From Trichodesmium erythraeum IMS101 (GTDB lineage Bacteria > Cyanobacteriota > Cyanobacteriia > Cyanobacteriales > Microcoleaceae), in NCBI RefSeq assembly GCF_000014265.1, contig NC_008312.1, positions 3,210,001 to 3,242,000 on the forward strand: a stretch of 32,000 nucleotides of DNA. The letters are read 5' to 3'. Positions within the stretch are counted from its first letter, which is position 1. Each line of letters begins with the position of its first letter. Below the pieces are notes generated by a model. That model was not told the origin of the DNA and did no database searches. It saw only the letters and a list, made by a program, of their open reading frames with translations. The position numbers and the translations under genes are program-made. This document shows, in pieces, positions 7,926-20,556 of the stretch.

Positions 7926-9299
7926 ATGAGTCTTAAACCAGGAAAAGCATCAATCTATCTTCAATCTCCTCACCACGTTGTCATCGTTGGAGGTGGATTT
8001 GCAGGACTAGAAGCTGCCAAGCAACTTGGGAAAGCACCTGTAAAAGTAACCTTGGTTGACAAAAGAAATTTCCATCTATTTCAACCACTACTTTATCAGG
8101 TAGCGACAGGAAGTCTTTCCCCTGGAGATATTGCCTCTCCTCTTCGGGGTGTAGTTGCAGAACAGAAAAACACCCATGTTATTATGGGAGAAGTCGTAGA
8201 CATCGATCCCGAAGAGAAAAAACTTACCTTACATGATCAAGAATTAAATTATGATTCATTAGTTATAGCCACTGGTGTGAGCCATAACTACTTCGGAAAT
8301 GATTGGTCAGAAAAAGCTCCCGGACTAAAAACAGTAGAAGATGCATTAGAAATGCGTCGGAGAATATTCGCCTCCTTTGAAGCAGCAGAAAAAGAAACAG
8401 ACTTAGAAAAACGGAAGGCACTCTTAACCTTTGCTATTGTGGGTGCAGGTCCAACAGGTGTTGAATTAGCTGGTGCTCTAGCAGAACTAGCTCATACCAA
8501 ATTAAAAGAAGAATATCGTTCTATCAATACCACTGAAGCTAAAATTTATCTGATTCAAAGTGGAGACAGAGTTTTACCCTCCTTCAAGCCTGCTTTATCA
8601 CAGAAAGCCAGACTAGAACTAGAGAAATTGGGCGTCACAGTAATGACCAAAACACGAGTAACTAATATTGAAAACAATGTAGTTACTGTTAGCTCTGGAG
8701 AAACAAAAACCGAAATTCCAGCTCATACAATATTATGGGGAGCAGGAGTTAAAGCATCAAAAGTATCTGAAATCATATCTAACCGTACAGGAGCAAAATT
8801 AGACCGTGCAGGCCGTGTGTTTGTCAACAAAGACTTGACAATACCTAATTATTCTGATATATTTGTAATTGGAGACTTAGCCAACTTCTCCCATCAAGGT
8901 GACTCCCCAATTCCTGGAGTTGCACCAGCAGCAATGCAGGAAGGATTTTATGTCGCAAAGCTAATTAGAAAGCGCTTGAAAGGTGAAAGTTTAAAGCCAT
9001 TCTATTATATTGACTATGGTAGTTTAGCTGTTATCGGTCGTCACCAAGCAGTTGTACAGTACAAAGCCATTCGTTTCTCAGGACCTATAGCTTGGCTTGC
9101 CTGGTTATTTATTCATATCTACTATATGATAGAATTTGATAACCAATTAATTGTAATGATCCAGTGGGCATGGAGCTACTTTACAGGTCAAGGTGGTGCT
9201 CGTCTAATCACTGAAAAATCAATGAAGACACCCAGTTATGAAGAACGTCAAGCTCGCTATACTCCATTAGTACCAAGTAAATCATCTATTGAAACCTAA
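7926..9299 (+). CDS. Type II NADH dehydrogenase (NDH-2) / FAD-dependent pyridine-nucleotide oxidoreductase
   Basis: Two Rossmann dinucleotide motifs (VVIVGGGFAGLEAAK; FAIVGAGPTGVELAG). GDLA motif near the C-terminus, then a C-terminal membrane-anchoring hydrophobic segment. Length is typical of cyanobacterial Ndb proteins. Confidence 0.85.
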   Translation: MSLKPGKASIYLQSPHHVVIVGGGFAGLEAAKQLGKAPVKVTLVDKRNFHLFQPLLYQVATGSLSPGDIASPLRGVVAEQKNTHVIMGEVVDIDPEEKKLTLHDQELNYDSLVIATGVSHNYFGNDWSEKAPGLKTVEDALEMRRRIFASFEAAEKETDLEKRKALLTFAIVGAGPTGVELAGALAELAHTKLKEEYRSINTTEAKIYLIQSGDRVLPSFKPALSQKARLELEKLGVTVMTKTRVTNIENNVVTVSSGETKTEIPAHTILWGAGVKASKVSEIISNRTGAKLDRAGRVFVNKDLTIPNYSDIFVIGDLANFSHQGDSPIPGVAPAAMQEGFYVAKLIRKRLKGESLKPFYYIDYGSLAVIGRHQAVVQYKAIRFSGPIAWLAWLFIHIYYMIEFDNQLIVMIQWAWSYFTGQGGARLITEKSMKTPSYEERQARYTPLVPSKSSIET

Positions 9300-10214
9300 T
9301 TGTAGACATTTTTATTAGGTTTAGTTAACCTAGACCATAGTAAAGAAGTCCTCTAAAATATCCTTACAAGATTTTGATGATGACGATCTAGTTCATAACG
9401 CGATATCATATCTTGTAAAATAATTTGTGTATAAAATAGTTAAAATTGAGGTAAGCCCTTTTCTATAAGAGCCTTCTGTCTCCTACTTTGCTTCCACAAA
9501 GTATAAGTATTCAGGTAGACATCATCCTCAAATATTTTTTAAATTTCTCGTTCTTCCCGACCCCCGACTTCCAACTCCTTATTCCCTCGGAGTTGGTAGA
9601 TCTAATGATGAATTATAGAATCTATTTGGTATCTTTTTCAAGCTAAATATACTTGCTGAATTAGCTAGTGTATCAAAAATTCGGGTGCTTGTAATGACCA
9701 AGTAGAGACTATTTCTGCCAATAGTAACTATAGCTTACTAATTAAGTCTAAAACCATTGACTGACATTAGTAAGTTTTTTTTTATTTGAAAAAAGTATCA
9801 GTTTTTCAGTGGGTATTGCTGATGTATGTTAGCATTTTGTGTCCCAGAATAGCCCAAAAATTGAGGAATAAATATACCCCACTACCTCCTAGGTATATCA
9901 TGTCCGGATAGTTCAGTGATCAAAAAAAAAGCGAACATCAGTGGCAACTCTATTCTCCTGCTCCAGAGCTACCCAGAGCTACATAGCCTCCTGGCAAAAT
10001 CCTCCAAAGTGTAAATATTCAACCGAACATGATATAATATATACTCCTGACTATGCCCCTCAAAAATTGTCATTAAGGTAAAAGTATAATACCCAATAAT
10101 TTCTAGAAACCAGAATTTCACAGACCTCTCTAGACCTCTCCATAAAAGCTTCTGAAACCCTGATAACAAAGTTCTAAAACCAGCATTTCTGGAGAGGTTT
10201 AACAACTCAAAGTA

Positions 10215-12668
10215 TTAACTTCTGAGATTAACTTTAAATTTATCAACCAAAGCATCCCTAACTTTTTGCTGCAGAGGATCAACATCAGCATCCGTAAGAG
10301 TGCGATCGCCAACTCGGTAAATTAACCGAAAAGCTAAACTTCTTTCACCATCGGGCACATTTTCACCCTGATATTCATCAAATAACTCAATAGACTCCAA
10401 TAACTTACCAGCAGCTCGAGAAATTACCTGTTTAATATCATCCACTGATACCCCAACTGTTACAAAGAAAGCAATATCTCGCGCAGCAGGAGGGAAAGTA
10501 GAATAACTACTAAACTTCCGTTTCCAAATATTTCCTTGAGTCATTACCGACACCAATACCCCTAAGTCAAGTTGAAAAACATAAACCTCATCTGGCAACT
10601 CTCGCTCCTGCCTTACTTGAGGGTGTAGTTGTCCAAAAATACCCAGATATTTACCTTGCAGCCACAATGACGCTGTCCGACCTGGATGTAGTAGAGAATT
10701 CTCTGAGTATGCTTTGTACTCAACCTTCAAATAGAGTCGTTCAAAAACTTGTTCTAAAATACCCTTAGCTTCAAACCAACTCAGAGGTTGTTCCTGACCA
10801 CCTCTAGTCCAACTTTTACTACCATTACTGATAACTCCAGCGATCGCCTCTGCCTCTTGATATTTTTCAACTTCATTCCAGAATATACGACCAACTTCAA
10901 ACCCATTTAAAGCTCCATTTCCTTTTTCCAGGTTATATTGAAAAGCATCAATAAGTCCCGTTAATAATTCTGTGCGCAAAGCAGAATATTCTACAAATAG
11001 AGGGTTAGCGATCGCTATTTGATTTTCCCCTCCTTGCTTAACCAAAGAATAGTGCATCAACTCTGTCAACCCCGCGCCGCGCAAAGCTGCCCGAATACTA
11101 CGGACTGCCAACTCTCCTGGAGGCAAATAACCTGCAGCACTTTTACTGGGTAAAGTTTCACAGAAATTATCATACCCATATAAACGTGCAACTTCTTCGA
11201 TCAAGTCTATTTCCCGTTCTAAGTCTCGATAACGATAAGCAGGTACTGTAACATTCCACCCCACCGCTCCTTTAGCCTCAATTTTACTCAACTCACATCC
11301 TAAAGACTTGAGAATACCTTCAACTGCTTCTGGTTGCAGAAAAGATTCATCTAAAGTATTTTCCGAAGGCTTAAGTGGCCCTAAAATTGCATTAATACGC
11401 TCTAGACTAAGGGATAACTTACGAGTTGCTGTAATACTATCTGCTTTAGTTGTAAAAGTGTCTTGATAACTCACCTTTCCTCCCGCTAATTCAGTAATTA
11501 AATGAATAGCGCGACTACAAGCCAATACTAATTCCGCAGTATTCACCCCCCGTTCAAACCTTGTAGAAGCTTCTGTGCGTAGGCCTTGACTTCGAGCTGA
11601 ACGACGGATAGCAATAGGAGCAAAAATTGCTGCTTCCAATAATAAATTTGTCGTCTGATCGCTCACCTCAGTTTCTTCACCACCCATAACTCCTGCCAAA
11701 GCCACTGGTTTCTCATTCGCCGTAATTAATAAAGTTTCAGTTTCCAGGGTGCGCTTCTGACTGTCCAAAGTTATGAGTTCCTCATTTTCATTAGCATAAC
11801 GAACTCCAATTGTCAATAACTTATGTCCTATGATCTGCTGAATTTTATCTTGATCAAACCCATGAAGTGGCTGACCCCACTCTAACAGAATATAGTTAGT
11901 GATATCCACCACATTATTGATAGCTCTAATACCTGTAGCTTCTAATCGTTCTTTTAACCATTTTGGTGAAGGACCAATCTTTACTCCTTCGATAACAGTA
12001 CCAATATAAATAGGGCAAGCACTTGATGCCGAGATATCTATTTTGATACTACTATCCCCCTCTTCATCTGGAATCAAAATTTCAGAAACATCTGGTATTC
12101 TTAGAGATGCTCCGGTCAGGGCCGCAACTTCACGAGCTACACCAATCATACTCAAAGCATCAGCACGATTTGCCGTTGTTGTCAAGTCTAAAATTACATC
12201 ATCCAGACCAAGTAAAGGCCCCACATCACTCCCCAACTCTGGGTTTTCCAGATCAAATATATGAATACCTTCAGAATCTTTTGTTAAGCCCAGTTCTGAC
12301 AAAGAGCAAATCATTCCTTCGGAGTGGACTCCCCGGAGTTTACTTTTTTTAATCTTTAAGTCAATGGCGGGCAAATAAGTACCGATGGTAGCTACTGGGA
12401 CATAGATATCTGCTGTGGCGTTAGAAGCTCCACAAACAATATTTAATGGGTCTGACTTACCAATGTCCACTTGGCAAACTTTAAGCTTATTGGCATTGGG
12501 GTGCTTGTCAGCTTCCAGTATTTTTCCTAATACTACCCCTGCTGACCAAGTGCTTCGATCTTCTATTTCTTCTACCTCAAAGCCTGCCATTGTCAAAGTT
12601 TCAGCTAACTCTTCTGGAGTAATATTGATATCTACCAGTTCTTCGAGCCATTTCAGAGAGATACGCAT
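10215..12668 (-). CDS. pheT: Phenylalanine--tRNA ligase beta subunit
   Basis: 817 aa. Canonical N-terminus [12 protein letters not shown] with a tRNA-binding OB domain ([14 protein letters not shown]), B3/4 and B5 regions, and a C-terminal FDX-ACB domain (DIAFFV...SLAFRL.YR). Confidence 0.95.
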   Translation of the reverse strand: MRISLKWLEELVDINITPEELAETLTMAGFEVEEIEDRSTWSAGVVLGKILEADKHPNANKLKVCQVDIGKSDPLNIVCGASNATADIYVPVATIGTYLPAIDLKIKKSKLRGVHSEGMICSLSELGLTKDSEGIHIFDLENPELGSDVGPLLGLDDVILDLTTTANRADALSMIGVAREVAALTGASLRIPDVSEILIPDEEGDSSIKIDISASSACPIYIGTVIEGVKIGPSPKWLKERLEATGIRAINNVVDITNYILLEWGQPLHGFDQDKIQQIIGHKLLTIGVRYANENEELITLDSQKRTLETETLLITANEKPVALAGVMGGEETEVSDQTTNLLLEAAIFAPIAIRRSARSQGLRTEASTRFERGVNTAELVLACSRAIHLITELAGGKVSYQDTFTTKADSITATRKLSLSLERINAILGPLKPSENTLDESFLQPEAVEGILKSLGCELSKIEAKGAVGWNVTVPAYRYRDLEREIDLIEEVARLYGYDNFCETLPSKSAAGYLPPGELAVRSIRAALRGAGLTELMHYSLVKQGGENQIAIANPLFVEYSALRTELLTGLIDAFQYNLEKGNGALNGFEVGRIFWNEVEKYQEAEAIAGVISNGSKSWTRGGQEQPLSWFEAKGILEQVFERLYLKVEYKAYSENSLLHPGRTASLWLQGKYLGIFGQLHPQVRQERELPDEVYVFQLDLGVLVSVMTQGNIWKRKFSSYSTFPPAARDIAFFVTVGVSVDDIKQVISRAAGKLLESIELFDEYQGENVPDGERSLAFRLIYRVGDRTLTDADVDPLQQKVRDALVDKFKVNLRS

Positions 12669-14427
12669 TCTTTAATAATTCCCAATTTTTAGTTATAATA
12701 GTGGTGTATGTAAATTTATTTTGCGGGTATCCCCCGAACCCTCTCCTACAAGGTAAATTCCCTGCTCAGGAAGGGGTTTAGATTTTTTCGACCTTTTAAA
12801 GTTAGATACGCGCTTTCAGAGCAAATATCTCCCTCTATTAGGCCATGTTTATAACTTCAATTAACATTTTATCTCTCATGATGTCGTGGTTTTCATCAAG
12901 TCAGAAGTTGTTTTGATCATGGGAATAACCAACTTAAAACTCACAAATTAGACAACTTTATTTGTAGGGTACCTATTGAAAGCTAAAATGTAGGCTATTA
13001 AAGGGATTTAATAATTTATTGCCCAATTAATTATTAAATCCCCAAATTTTTCAGAATATTTTCCACTCCATTTACTAAATTCACATAACTTTCATAAGTT
13101 TTGATTAAATATATCCAAAAATTATCAAGGACTTGCTACTTGCTATAAATGTAATTTATCAAAACTCAAACATCAGGGCAAACCCATTTTGTCAATAAAC
13201 TGGGGATTATTTTTAAGTTATTCATAGTTTTAAGTTATTCATAGTTTATTGTGCTTGTTGGTAATAGACTGTCCACATTATGGCGCTAATAAAATAATTT
13301 AAATAATTCAAATAATTTAAATAACTCAAAACACGATAATATAAAGTTAACAGGATTTACCACGCCTGGTAGATGATATCCTATCTGTAGGGAGTGAATG
13401 CTTTATGTCCCTGGATATCGTCGTTGGTGCGTAAGTCCTGAATAAGTAAATTAGTAGGTTGACGTCCTCCCCGCCCTTTAGGCACGGGGAGGAATTTCTA
13501 CTTAGTAGTAGCTCCGAGTCCATTTAAAGTCTCTAAGTCTTGAAATGCCCGAAGGCAACTTACTAAAAATTCTTGTTGGTATTTATATGTGCCTTCATTG
13601 CGGGAGCTTCTCCGAAACCTGAAAGCTTTTCAAGTTCAATTCTTAACTTCGGATAGTTTCCTATAACCTCTTCTTTTCTACAATATTTAGAGATAAGGCG
13701 GGTATTTGAACCCTAATTATTAAAAAATTCAAAGTTGTCCAATGGGCAGGAGAGGCTTTAAACCCAATTTTTTATTCAAACCAATTTCAAGCATACTTAG
13801 GGTTTGCTCAAAAAAAACTAAAAGTATGAAAAATAAAGACTTTAGCCTTTACGTCTGCGCACCTTGAAGTTATAATCTCAAAATTGAGAATTTTGAGGTG
13901 TTTCGATCAGAAACAGGTCGGGACAATACTCCCTACTATATCCTTTATAATCCTTATTTATCCTCATTTTGTGTCTTATATCTTTACTCATTAAGGCAAA
14001 TTTTAGCAAGCCTTACTTATTTTTTTGTTCTAGTTTACCTTTGTAAAAACTGCTATACTATTGAATAGTTATAGTTTAAAAATATAAGAAAAATGTCTTT
14101 TTTAGTTAGTATTATAATCATAACTTGAGATATAAAATCATTAAAAAAAGTTCCCAGCTAAGTTGCAATCAAAATTATTTTATGGGAGATATGTTTTGAT
14201 AACAACTATAGATTTTGATTGATATAATAGATAAGTATAATGTTATTCTGACCAAAAAAAATTAGGTCTAGGTCTTCAGCTTCCTTTCTGTGAATAGGGA
14301 TTAAAAAAAAATATTCGATTCAGTATTTTAAGGATCTGGCTTCAACAGTCTGCACTAATAACTGATAACTGGAATGAAAAGATTGGTCATTTAAATAAAA
14401 AAAATTAATAATATTATTATATTTAAG

Positions 14428-16050
14428 ATGAGCTATTGTATAAATCCTGCCTGTCCTCAACCTCAAAATTTAAATAGTGTTAATAAATGTACTGCCTGTG
14501 GTTCACAGTTAATTTTGCGCGATCGCTATAAAATTATTAAACCTATTGGGAAAGGAGGTTTCGGAGTAACTTTTCTAGCCAAGGATATATCTTTGCCAGG
14601 AGCTCCCATTTGTGTAATTAAAGAACTACGGCCATCTAGTACAAAAGCAAGTGAATTAGAAATGGCTAGAAAACTATTTCAGCGAGAAGCAGAAACACTA
14701 GGAAAAATTGGCCATCATCCCCAAGTTCCCAGATTATTAGATTATTTTGAATGGAAGAAACGTTTTCATCTAGTTCAAGAATATGTAAGTGGTTTAACCT
14801 TAAAACAGGAGGTCAAAAAACAGGGAATATTTACTGAAGAACAAGGGAAAAAGTTTCTAATTGAAGTGTTGTCAGTCATAGATTATATACACACTCAAGG
14901 AGTAATTCACCGAGATATTAAACCTACAAATATTATTCGGCGGAGTGAAGATGGTCATTTAGTTCTGATAGACTTTGGTGCTGTCAAAGATCATGTGAAC
15001 CAAACTTATATATCAGGTGGTACAGGAGAAACTGCTTTTACAAATATCTCTATAGGTACTTCAGGTTTTTCACCACCAGAACAAGTGCTTTTGCGACCTG
15101 TATATGCAAGTGATATATATGCTTTGGGAGTAACTACCATTTTCTTACTGACGGGAAAAACTCCAAATAATCTTGGTTATAATCAGGTTAATGGCGAAAT
15201 TCTCTGGCATTCTCAAGTTAATGTTAGTGATATGTTTAGGGAAATCTTGAAAAAAATGCTAGAAGTTTCTGTAGAAGATCGCTTCCAGTCAGCAGAAGAA
15301 CTTTTAGCAGCTTTGAAGACAAAACAACCTGAGAAAAAACAGGTACAACCCAGACTAGATGATGCTGTTAAAACTATATTTAGAGATGAAATTACAGTTT
15401 TTAATGACAATAAAGATAATTTTTCATCGATGTCTGCCAATATTAAAATTGCTCAAAAAATTCGGCAACGCAAATATGGTTTAGAAAAAAACTCTACAAA
15501 TCAAGTTCTACCTAATTCTGTGAAGACGAAGCCCAAACATATTGAAGGATATTTGACGGTAGTACCTCCAAAAAGCAAAGCAACTAATACAACACAATTG
15601 GGTAATGAAACTCCTATAAAATGGACTGCGGCGACCTTGCGCAGTGCTTATATGAAAGGTAGAAGAGATTTTGCTGAGTGTAATTTAATTCGCTTGAATT
15701 TGTGCAATGCTAAGTTATCTGGAGCTAATTTTTATGGGGCAAATTTGGGTGGAGCTAATTTGCAAGGTGCAGATTTATCTGATTCTAATTTTGGTCATGC
15801 TAATTTAACTAATACTATCCTGAAAAATGCAACTCTGACTAAAGCTTATTTAAGTACAGCCAGTTTGGCAAATTCTAATTTGCAGAACGCAAATATGAAA
15901 AATACTTATTTGAGTGGCGCAAATTTAGGGGGTGCTAATTTGTATGGTGCTAATCTCACAAATGCAATAGTGAGCGATCGTCAACTTGAGACAGCAAAAA
16001 CTAATTGGTGGACGATTTTTCCTAATGGTAAAAGAGGTTCGATATTCTAA
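14428..16050 (+). CDS. Ser/Thr protein kinase with N-terminal Cys4 zinc-ribbon-like motif and C-terminal pentapeptide repeats
   Basis: CINPACPQ...CTACGS. Glycine loop GKGGFGVTF, VIKEL lysine, HRDIKPTNII catalytic loop, DFG, SPPE. From about aa 420 onward, A(N/D)LxG-type pentapeptide repeats (GANLGGANLQGADLSDSNFGHANL...). Confidence 0.9.
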   Translation: MSYCINPACPQPQNLNSVNKCTACGSQLILRDRYKIIKPIGKGGFGVTFLAKDISLPGAPICVIKELRPSSTKASELEMARKLFQREAETLGKIGHHPQVPRLLDYFEWKKRFHLVQEYVSGLTLKQEVKKQGIFTEEQGKKFLIEVLSVIDYIHTQGVIHRDIKPTNIIRRSEDGHLVLIDFGAVKDHVNQTYISGGTGETAFTNISIGTSGFSPPEQVLLRPVYASDIYALGVTTIFLLTGKTPNNLGYNQVNGEILWHSQVNVSDMFREILKKMLEVSVEDRFQSAEELLAALKTKQPEKKQVQPRLDDAVKTIFRDEITVFNDNKDNFSSMSANIKIAQKIRQRKYGLEKNSTNQVLPNSVKTKPKHIEGYLTVVPPKSKATNTTQLGNETPIKWTAATLRSAYMKGRRDFAECNLIRLNLCNAKLSGANFYGANLGGANLQGADLSDSNFGHANLTNTILKNATLTKAYLSTASLANSNLQNANMKNTYLSGANLGGANLYGANLTNAIVSDRQLETAKTNWWTIFPNGKRGSIF

Positions 16051-16721
16051 AATAGAATTGATTATATAAGCTTACTCCCATAGACCTCTTTTAAATCAAA
16101 AAAAATTTAGGTATAATTGTAGTGAAAATATTGTCAAGGCACTTAGTAATCCTAAATATTATCTAAAATTATATGCTTTACTTAAAAAATAACTCCAACT
16201 CCTATGACTTCAGCACAAGTGTCTTGGTGCTTCAGGCCTTAAATCAGTAGATTTTTTTTGACTTTGGGAACAAAATCATGAGAAACTTTCAGTGATTCTC
16301 TGATTTAATGATCAGAATATCTTTACTCTAGCCATTTTAGCTACCAAAGTTCTTCTGATTTATTTGGCCTCTTTTGTCTGATTAATAACATGATTGAAGT
16401 TATCATAAATAACTATTAACTTTGGCCTCAATTAGATTGTCAGAAAAAATATTCTCTTTGAGAATTTAATGGTGATCAAGCTGATAGCATAAAATATTAT
16501 CGCTTCATCGTCCCAAAGATTTCCTTGAAACTCTTCCGACGGCCAATAGTTGGTAGAAGTAGAACTAAATGCTTGTGGAAAAGAAGCTCAAAAGTAGCTC
16601 TTAATAAGCAATAACTAAGCTTAAGGGAAACCCTGAGAAGCAAGCACCTCTCGTTGTCTATACTTTTAACAGTGAGAGTGCCAAAATCTAATAGTTGAAT
16701 TTTAGGAATGACAGTATAGGC

Positions 16722-18179
16722 ATGGCATCCATTAGCGATATCCATCAACAATTAATCAGTAAGCAACGCTCTGCTGTAGAAATTACCCAAGAAGCTCTCG
16801 AAAATATCAACCAATTGGAGCCGAAGTTAAAAAGCTTTATCTGTGTTACAGCAGAAAAGGCCATTGCTCAGGCCCGTCAGGTGGATGCAAAGATTGCTGC
16901 AGGAGAGAAAATTGGACTACTAACAGGGATTCCGATCGCTGTAAAGGATAATATATGTACTAGGGGTATCCCTACTACTTGTGGGTCTAAGATTTTACAA
17001 AACTTTATTCCCCCTTATGAATCTACGGTAACTCAAAAACTTGTGGATGCTGGGGCAATAATTTTAGGCAAGACCAATTTAGATGAATTTGGTATGGGCA
17101 GTTCAACAGAAAATTCTGCCTATCAAGTCACGACTAACCCGTGGGATAACACTCGAGTTCCTGGTGGATCTTCGGGAGGGTCAGCAGCAGCAGTAGCATC
17201 GGCAGAATCTGTAGTAGCATTGGGTTCAGATACAGGTGGGTCGATTCGTCAACCAGCATCTTTTTGTGGAGTGGTAGGAATTAAGCCTACTTATGGTCTG
17301 GTTTCTCGCTATGGGTTAGTGGCTTATGCTTCTTCTATGGATCAAATAGGGCCGTTGAGTAGAACTGTGAAAGATTCTGCTATTTTATTGCAGGCGATCG
17401 CTGGTTATGACCCTAAAGATTCTACTAGTCTTAATGTCCCTGTCCCAGATTACACTAAAAACCTCACACCTAATTTAAGACCTAAAGGGCAAATTAGAAT
17501 TGGTCTCATTCAAGAGACTTTTGGTGATGGTTTAGACTCATCTGTTCTTCAAGCTTTTACTAAGGCAGTGGAACTAATGCAGGAGTTGGGGGCAGAAATT
17601 CAGGTAATTTCTTGTCCTAGATTTAGTTACGGTTTACCTACTTATTATGTTATTGCTCCATCGGAGGCTTCGGCAAATTTAGCCCGCTATGATGGGGTCA
17701 AATATGGTTTCCGTGCTAGTGAGTCGGAAAACCTCTTGAATATGTATGCTAAGACTCGTTCTGAAGGTTTTGGTTCAGAAGTTAAACGCCGAATTATGAT
17801 TGGTACTTATGCTTTATCGGCTGGATATTATGATGCTTATTATCTGAAAGCTCAAAAAGTTCGGACTTTAATTAAGGAAGATTTTGATAAAGCTTTTGCT
17901 AAAGTAGATATTTTGGCTTGCCCCACTTCTCCAACTACAGCATTTAAGCTGGGTGAAAAAAGTGATAATCCACTGAGTATGTATTTGTCTGACTTAATGA
18001 CTATTCCAGTTAATTTGGCTGGTTTACCTGCTTTGAGTTTACCCTGTGGCTTTGATCAACAAGGGTTGCCTATTGGTATGCAATTGATAAGTAATGTTTT
18101 GAAAGAAGATTTACTATTTGAAGCAGCTTATGTTTATGAACAAGCTAATAATTGGTATAAATTCCAACCTCAGCTTTAA
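16722..18179 (+). CDS. gatA: Glutamyl-tRNA(Gln)/aspartyl-tRNA(Asn) amidotransferase subunit A
   Basis: Amidase signature [12 protein letters not shown]...[12 protein letters not shown] and GatA-type N-terminus. Start moved to the in-frame ATG at 16722 ([11 protein letters not shown]), because the listed start at 16695 is a TTG. Confidence 0.93.
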   Translation: MASISDIHQQLISKQRSAVEITQEALENINQLEPKLKSFICVTAEKAIAQARQVDAKIAAGEKIGLLTGIPIAVKDNICTRGIPTTCGSKILQNFIPPYESTVTQKLVDAGAIILGKTNLDEFGMGSSTENSAYQVTTNPWDNTRVPGGSSGGSAAAVASAESVVALGSDTGGSIRQPASFCGVVGIKPTYGLVSRYGLVAYASSMDQIGPLSRTVKDSAILLQAIAGYDPKDSTSLNVPVPDYTKNLTPNLRPKGQIRIGLIQETFGDGLDSSVLQAFTKAVELMQELGAEIQVISCPRFSYGLPTYYVIAPSEASANLARYDGVKYGFRASESENLLNMYAKTRSEGFGSEVKRRIMIGTYALSAGYYDAYYLKAQKVRTLIKEDFDKAFAKVDILACPTSPTTAFKLGEKSDNPLSMYLSDLMTIPVNLAGLPALSLPCGFDQQGLPIGMQLISNVLKEDLLFEAAYVYEQANNWYKFQPQL

Positions 18180-19984
18180 AAATTTAGTTTTGAGTTTTGA
18201 GTTTTTATTGATTAGGTTTGAAGTGTTCATAATAGTGTGTTAGTTAATAGCTGCAATTGGAGCTTAGGAGTTAGGCACACGTTGGGAATAATTAAGTAGT
18301 TGTGCTAAGTTAATTACACATCTATACTATACAAGTTAAATTATTTGCTATATTGTAAGATTAGGTAATTCGGGGTTTGCTCACAAAATGAAAGGATTTA
18401 CCTAAATCTTACTAAGGGCTTTGTTTATTTGTATAAAAAATGTATAAGAAGTTGGTACGAGGATGTTGAAAATTGAGGATTTTCATTCAGCTATTAAAAC
18501 TAGAAAAATTGAAAGAAAATTCTTCCAATCACATCCTCTTGCTCTTGAATTTTCATTTATCTGTGCCTCTGTGGGTCACTCAATTAGTTCATATCTACCT
18601 GCCTCCTAACCTCACTCATGAAACTTATTCAGTAAGTCCTAATAAAATAGGTAAATAATTTTGCTGATGCACTCAACAATATTAACAAGTATAAACAGGA
18701 ATATACTAAGAGCTTCCATTTACATAATTTGTGAAAAATTAACAAAAAATACCTATAAGTTTTGATAGTTATATAATTTTTTTATCTCTCAAAATAATTT
18801 GCTTTGAAAGCAAGAAAATGAATGAAAAAAAGAAGTATTAATATTCTTTTTGCCGACTTATTGACTAGACTGACAATATAATAAAAATTTTTGAAGTTTC
18901 TCTAAAATATTAATAGTGAAAAACTGAGGCTGATAATTATTCTAATCTGGTATTAGCTGTGAAATTATTATGAATGGGGTAGAAGAATATACAATATATT
19001 TTGTAATGGTACTTAATTAATTAAGGGGACATAATTTAATTATCAACTTTTGTTATTTAGATTATGAAGTTGGTCTGAAAGCGCTTTCGGTTGTTATAAG
19101 ATAAGGATACGGGGGCAAGATGCCTGCAATACATGATTTTCACTATTACTTTATACATCATTTGCCCGATCGGATGTCTTAGTTGTTGGGATAGTTACTA
19201 TTATTACTATGGAAGTAGTCACTATTTCTGAAAGACTCATTCATAAAAGAACTAAACTTAAACTATTTATTAAAAACTTTTTTACTTGAGCGAAAATTAA
19301 CATAATTAGTAGAGCGTTAATCGTGCAAAAAGGTTACTCTATTTGTGTTAATTCTTTAAATTTTATGAAGTTTTATAAAAAGTTTGCATTAATTTACGGG
19401 AATTGTTGTTGCAGTGGCGTTTTCTAGATATAGAGGAAGGCTGCAAATGTTACTGATCAATAGTCTCAAAATAATAGTAATTAGCCCAAGTTATCAATGT
19501 TACAAAAAAAATTATGATGTCCAAGTCTAATAAAATATTAATAATTATTAGTAGGGTGAATCAAAATTTATTCAAACTAATTAGAGCTGCTTTTTTTTCA
19601 ACTTAGTTTGTTTAGTCTATCAAGCTCACCTTGGTTAGGTTAGAGTTCTATTTGACTGCAAAAAATAAGCTCTTTTGACTTTAAAGTCTATGTTCATTTT
19701 TCTGGCCAGGCCTTAGCTAATAGGAAACCCCGGGTATAAAGGTTGGGAAGTTATGGCTCAGTCCTTTATTTAGGAAGGGCTGTAATTTGAAAAAATATCT
19801 TCTTACTAAGGCGCGTTTTTTATGAATGCTTAAGTTTATGAGATACACTATGGAGAAAAAGTAGTCTAGTAATCTTGACAAAATAATTATCTTGTGATAT
19901 AGTCGACAGACTGTATTAAAGGGGTTATTCAAAATAAATATAATACAACGACTATAAACAATCAATTAGGAGACTATACCTAAG

Positions 19985-20479
19985 ATGAGTTTACTAAATA
20001 AGGTATTTGAAGCTTACAATGGACATCGGGTTATGTTTTCACAACCTGAAGCAATAGCTGCAATTGCAGCGTCTGCAATTGCTTCAGATGGTTATCTTTT
20101 AGAACAAGAAACAGAGCTGGTTATAACACTTTTATCTCAAATGGAAGTATTTAAAGGCTATTCAGAAAAACAAATTACGAATATGCTTAATAGGTTGTTA
20201 AGTACACTCAGCGTCAAAGGAATTAATAATGTAGTAGCGATAGCTAATGATTCACTACATCCGGAGTACAAAGAAGCAGTTTTTATGTTAGCTACTGAAA
20301 TAATTTTAGTAGATGGGGTTTTATGTGGTAAAGAACAAGCGTTTTTAATTGATTTGTTTCAGGTATTGGAAATCTCTTCAGAAAGGGCTTCACAAATTTT
20401 TACCTCTAAATCAGAGGCCTATCGGGTTACTAATAAGAAATCTAAAAACTATAGAATTAATCAAGGTTCTCTTAAGTAG
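19985..20479 (+). CDS. TerB-like (tellurite-resistance TerB family) small protein
   Basis: Two helical halves, each with the TerB-type pattern A..ASDG.L...E / E.ILVDG.L...E..FL..L...L.I. Size matches the conserved cyanobacterial TerB-family proteins. Confidence 0.55.
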   Translation: MSLLNKVFEAYNGHRVMFSQPEAIAAIAASAIASDGYLLEQETELVITLLSQMEVFKGYSEKQITNMLNRLLSTLSVKGINNVVAIANDSLHPEYKEAVFMLATEIILVDGVLCGKEQAFLIDLFQVLEISSERASQIFTSKSEAYRVTNKKSKNYRINQGSLK

Positions 20480-20556
20480 ATGAGAATATAGTTTGATCAT
20501 AAAATTACGAACATAGATATACTAGATAACTTAAGGATCATTTCTTATTGATTAAT

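Noticed and set aside
9969-10205. 78-aa minus-strand ORF just downstream of pheT, and ORFs 16497-16751, 18473-18658 and 19717-19965 in spacers
   Set aside because: They have low-complexity, AT-biased composition, no motifs and no plausible ribosome-binding context. 16497-16751 overlaps the gatA start region on the opposite strand.
13425-13500. Group II intron 5' end (GTGCG at about 13427)
   Set aside because: Only the pentamer matches. There is no domain V-like hairpin, no intron-encoded RT ORF and no flanking exon reading frame in the region.
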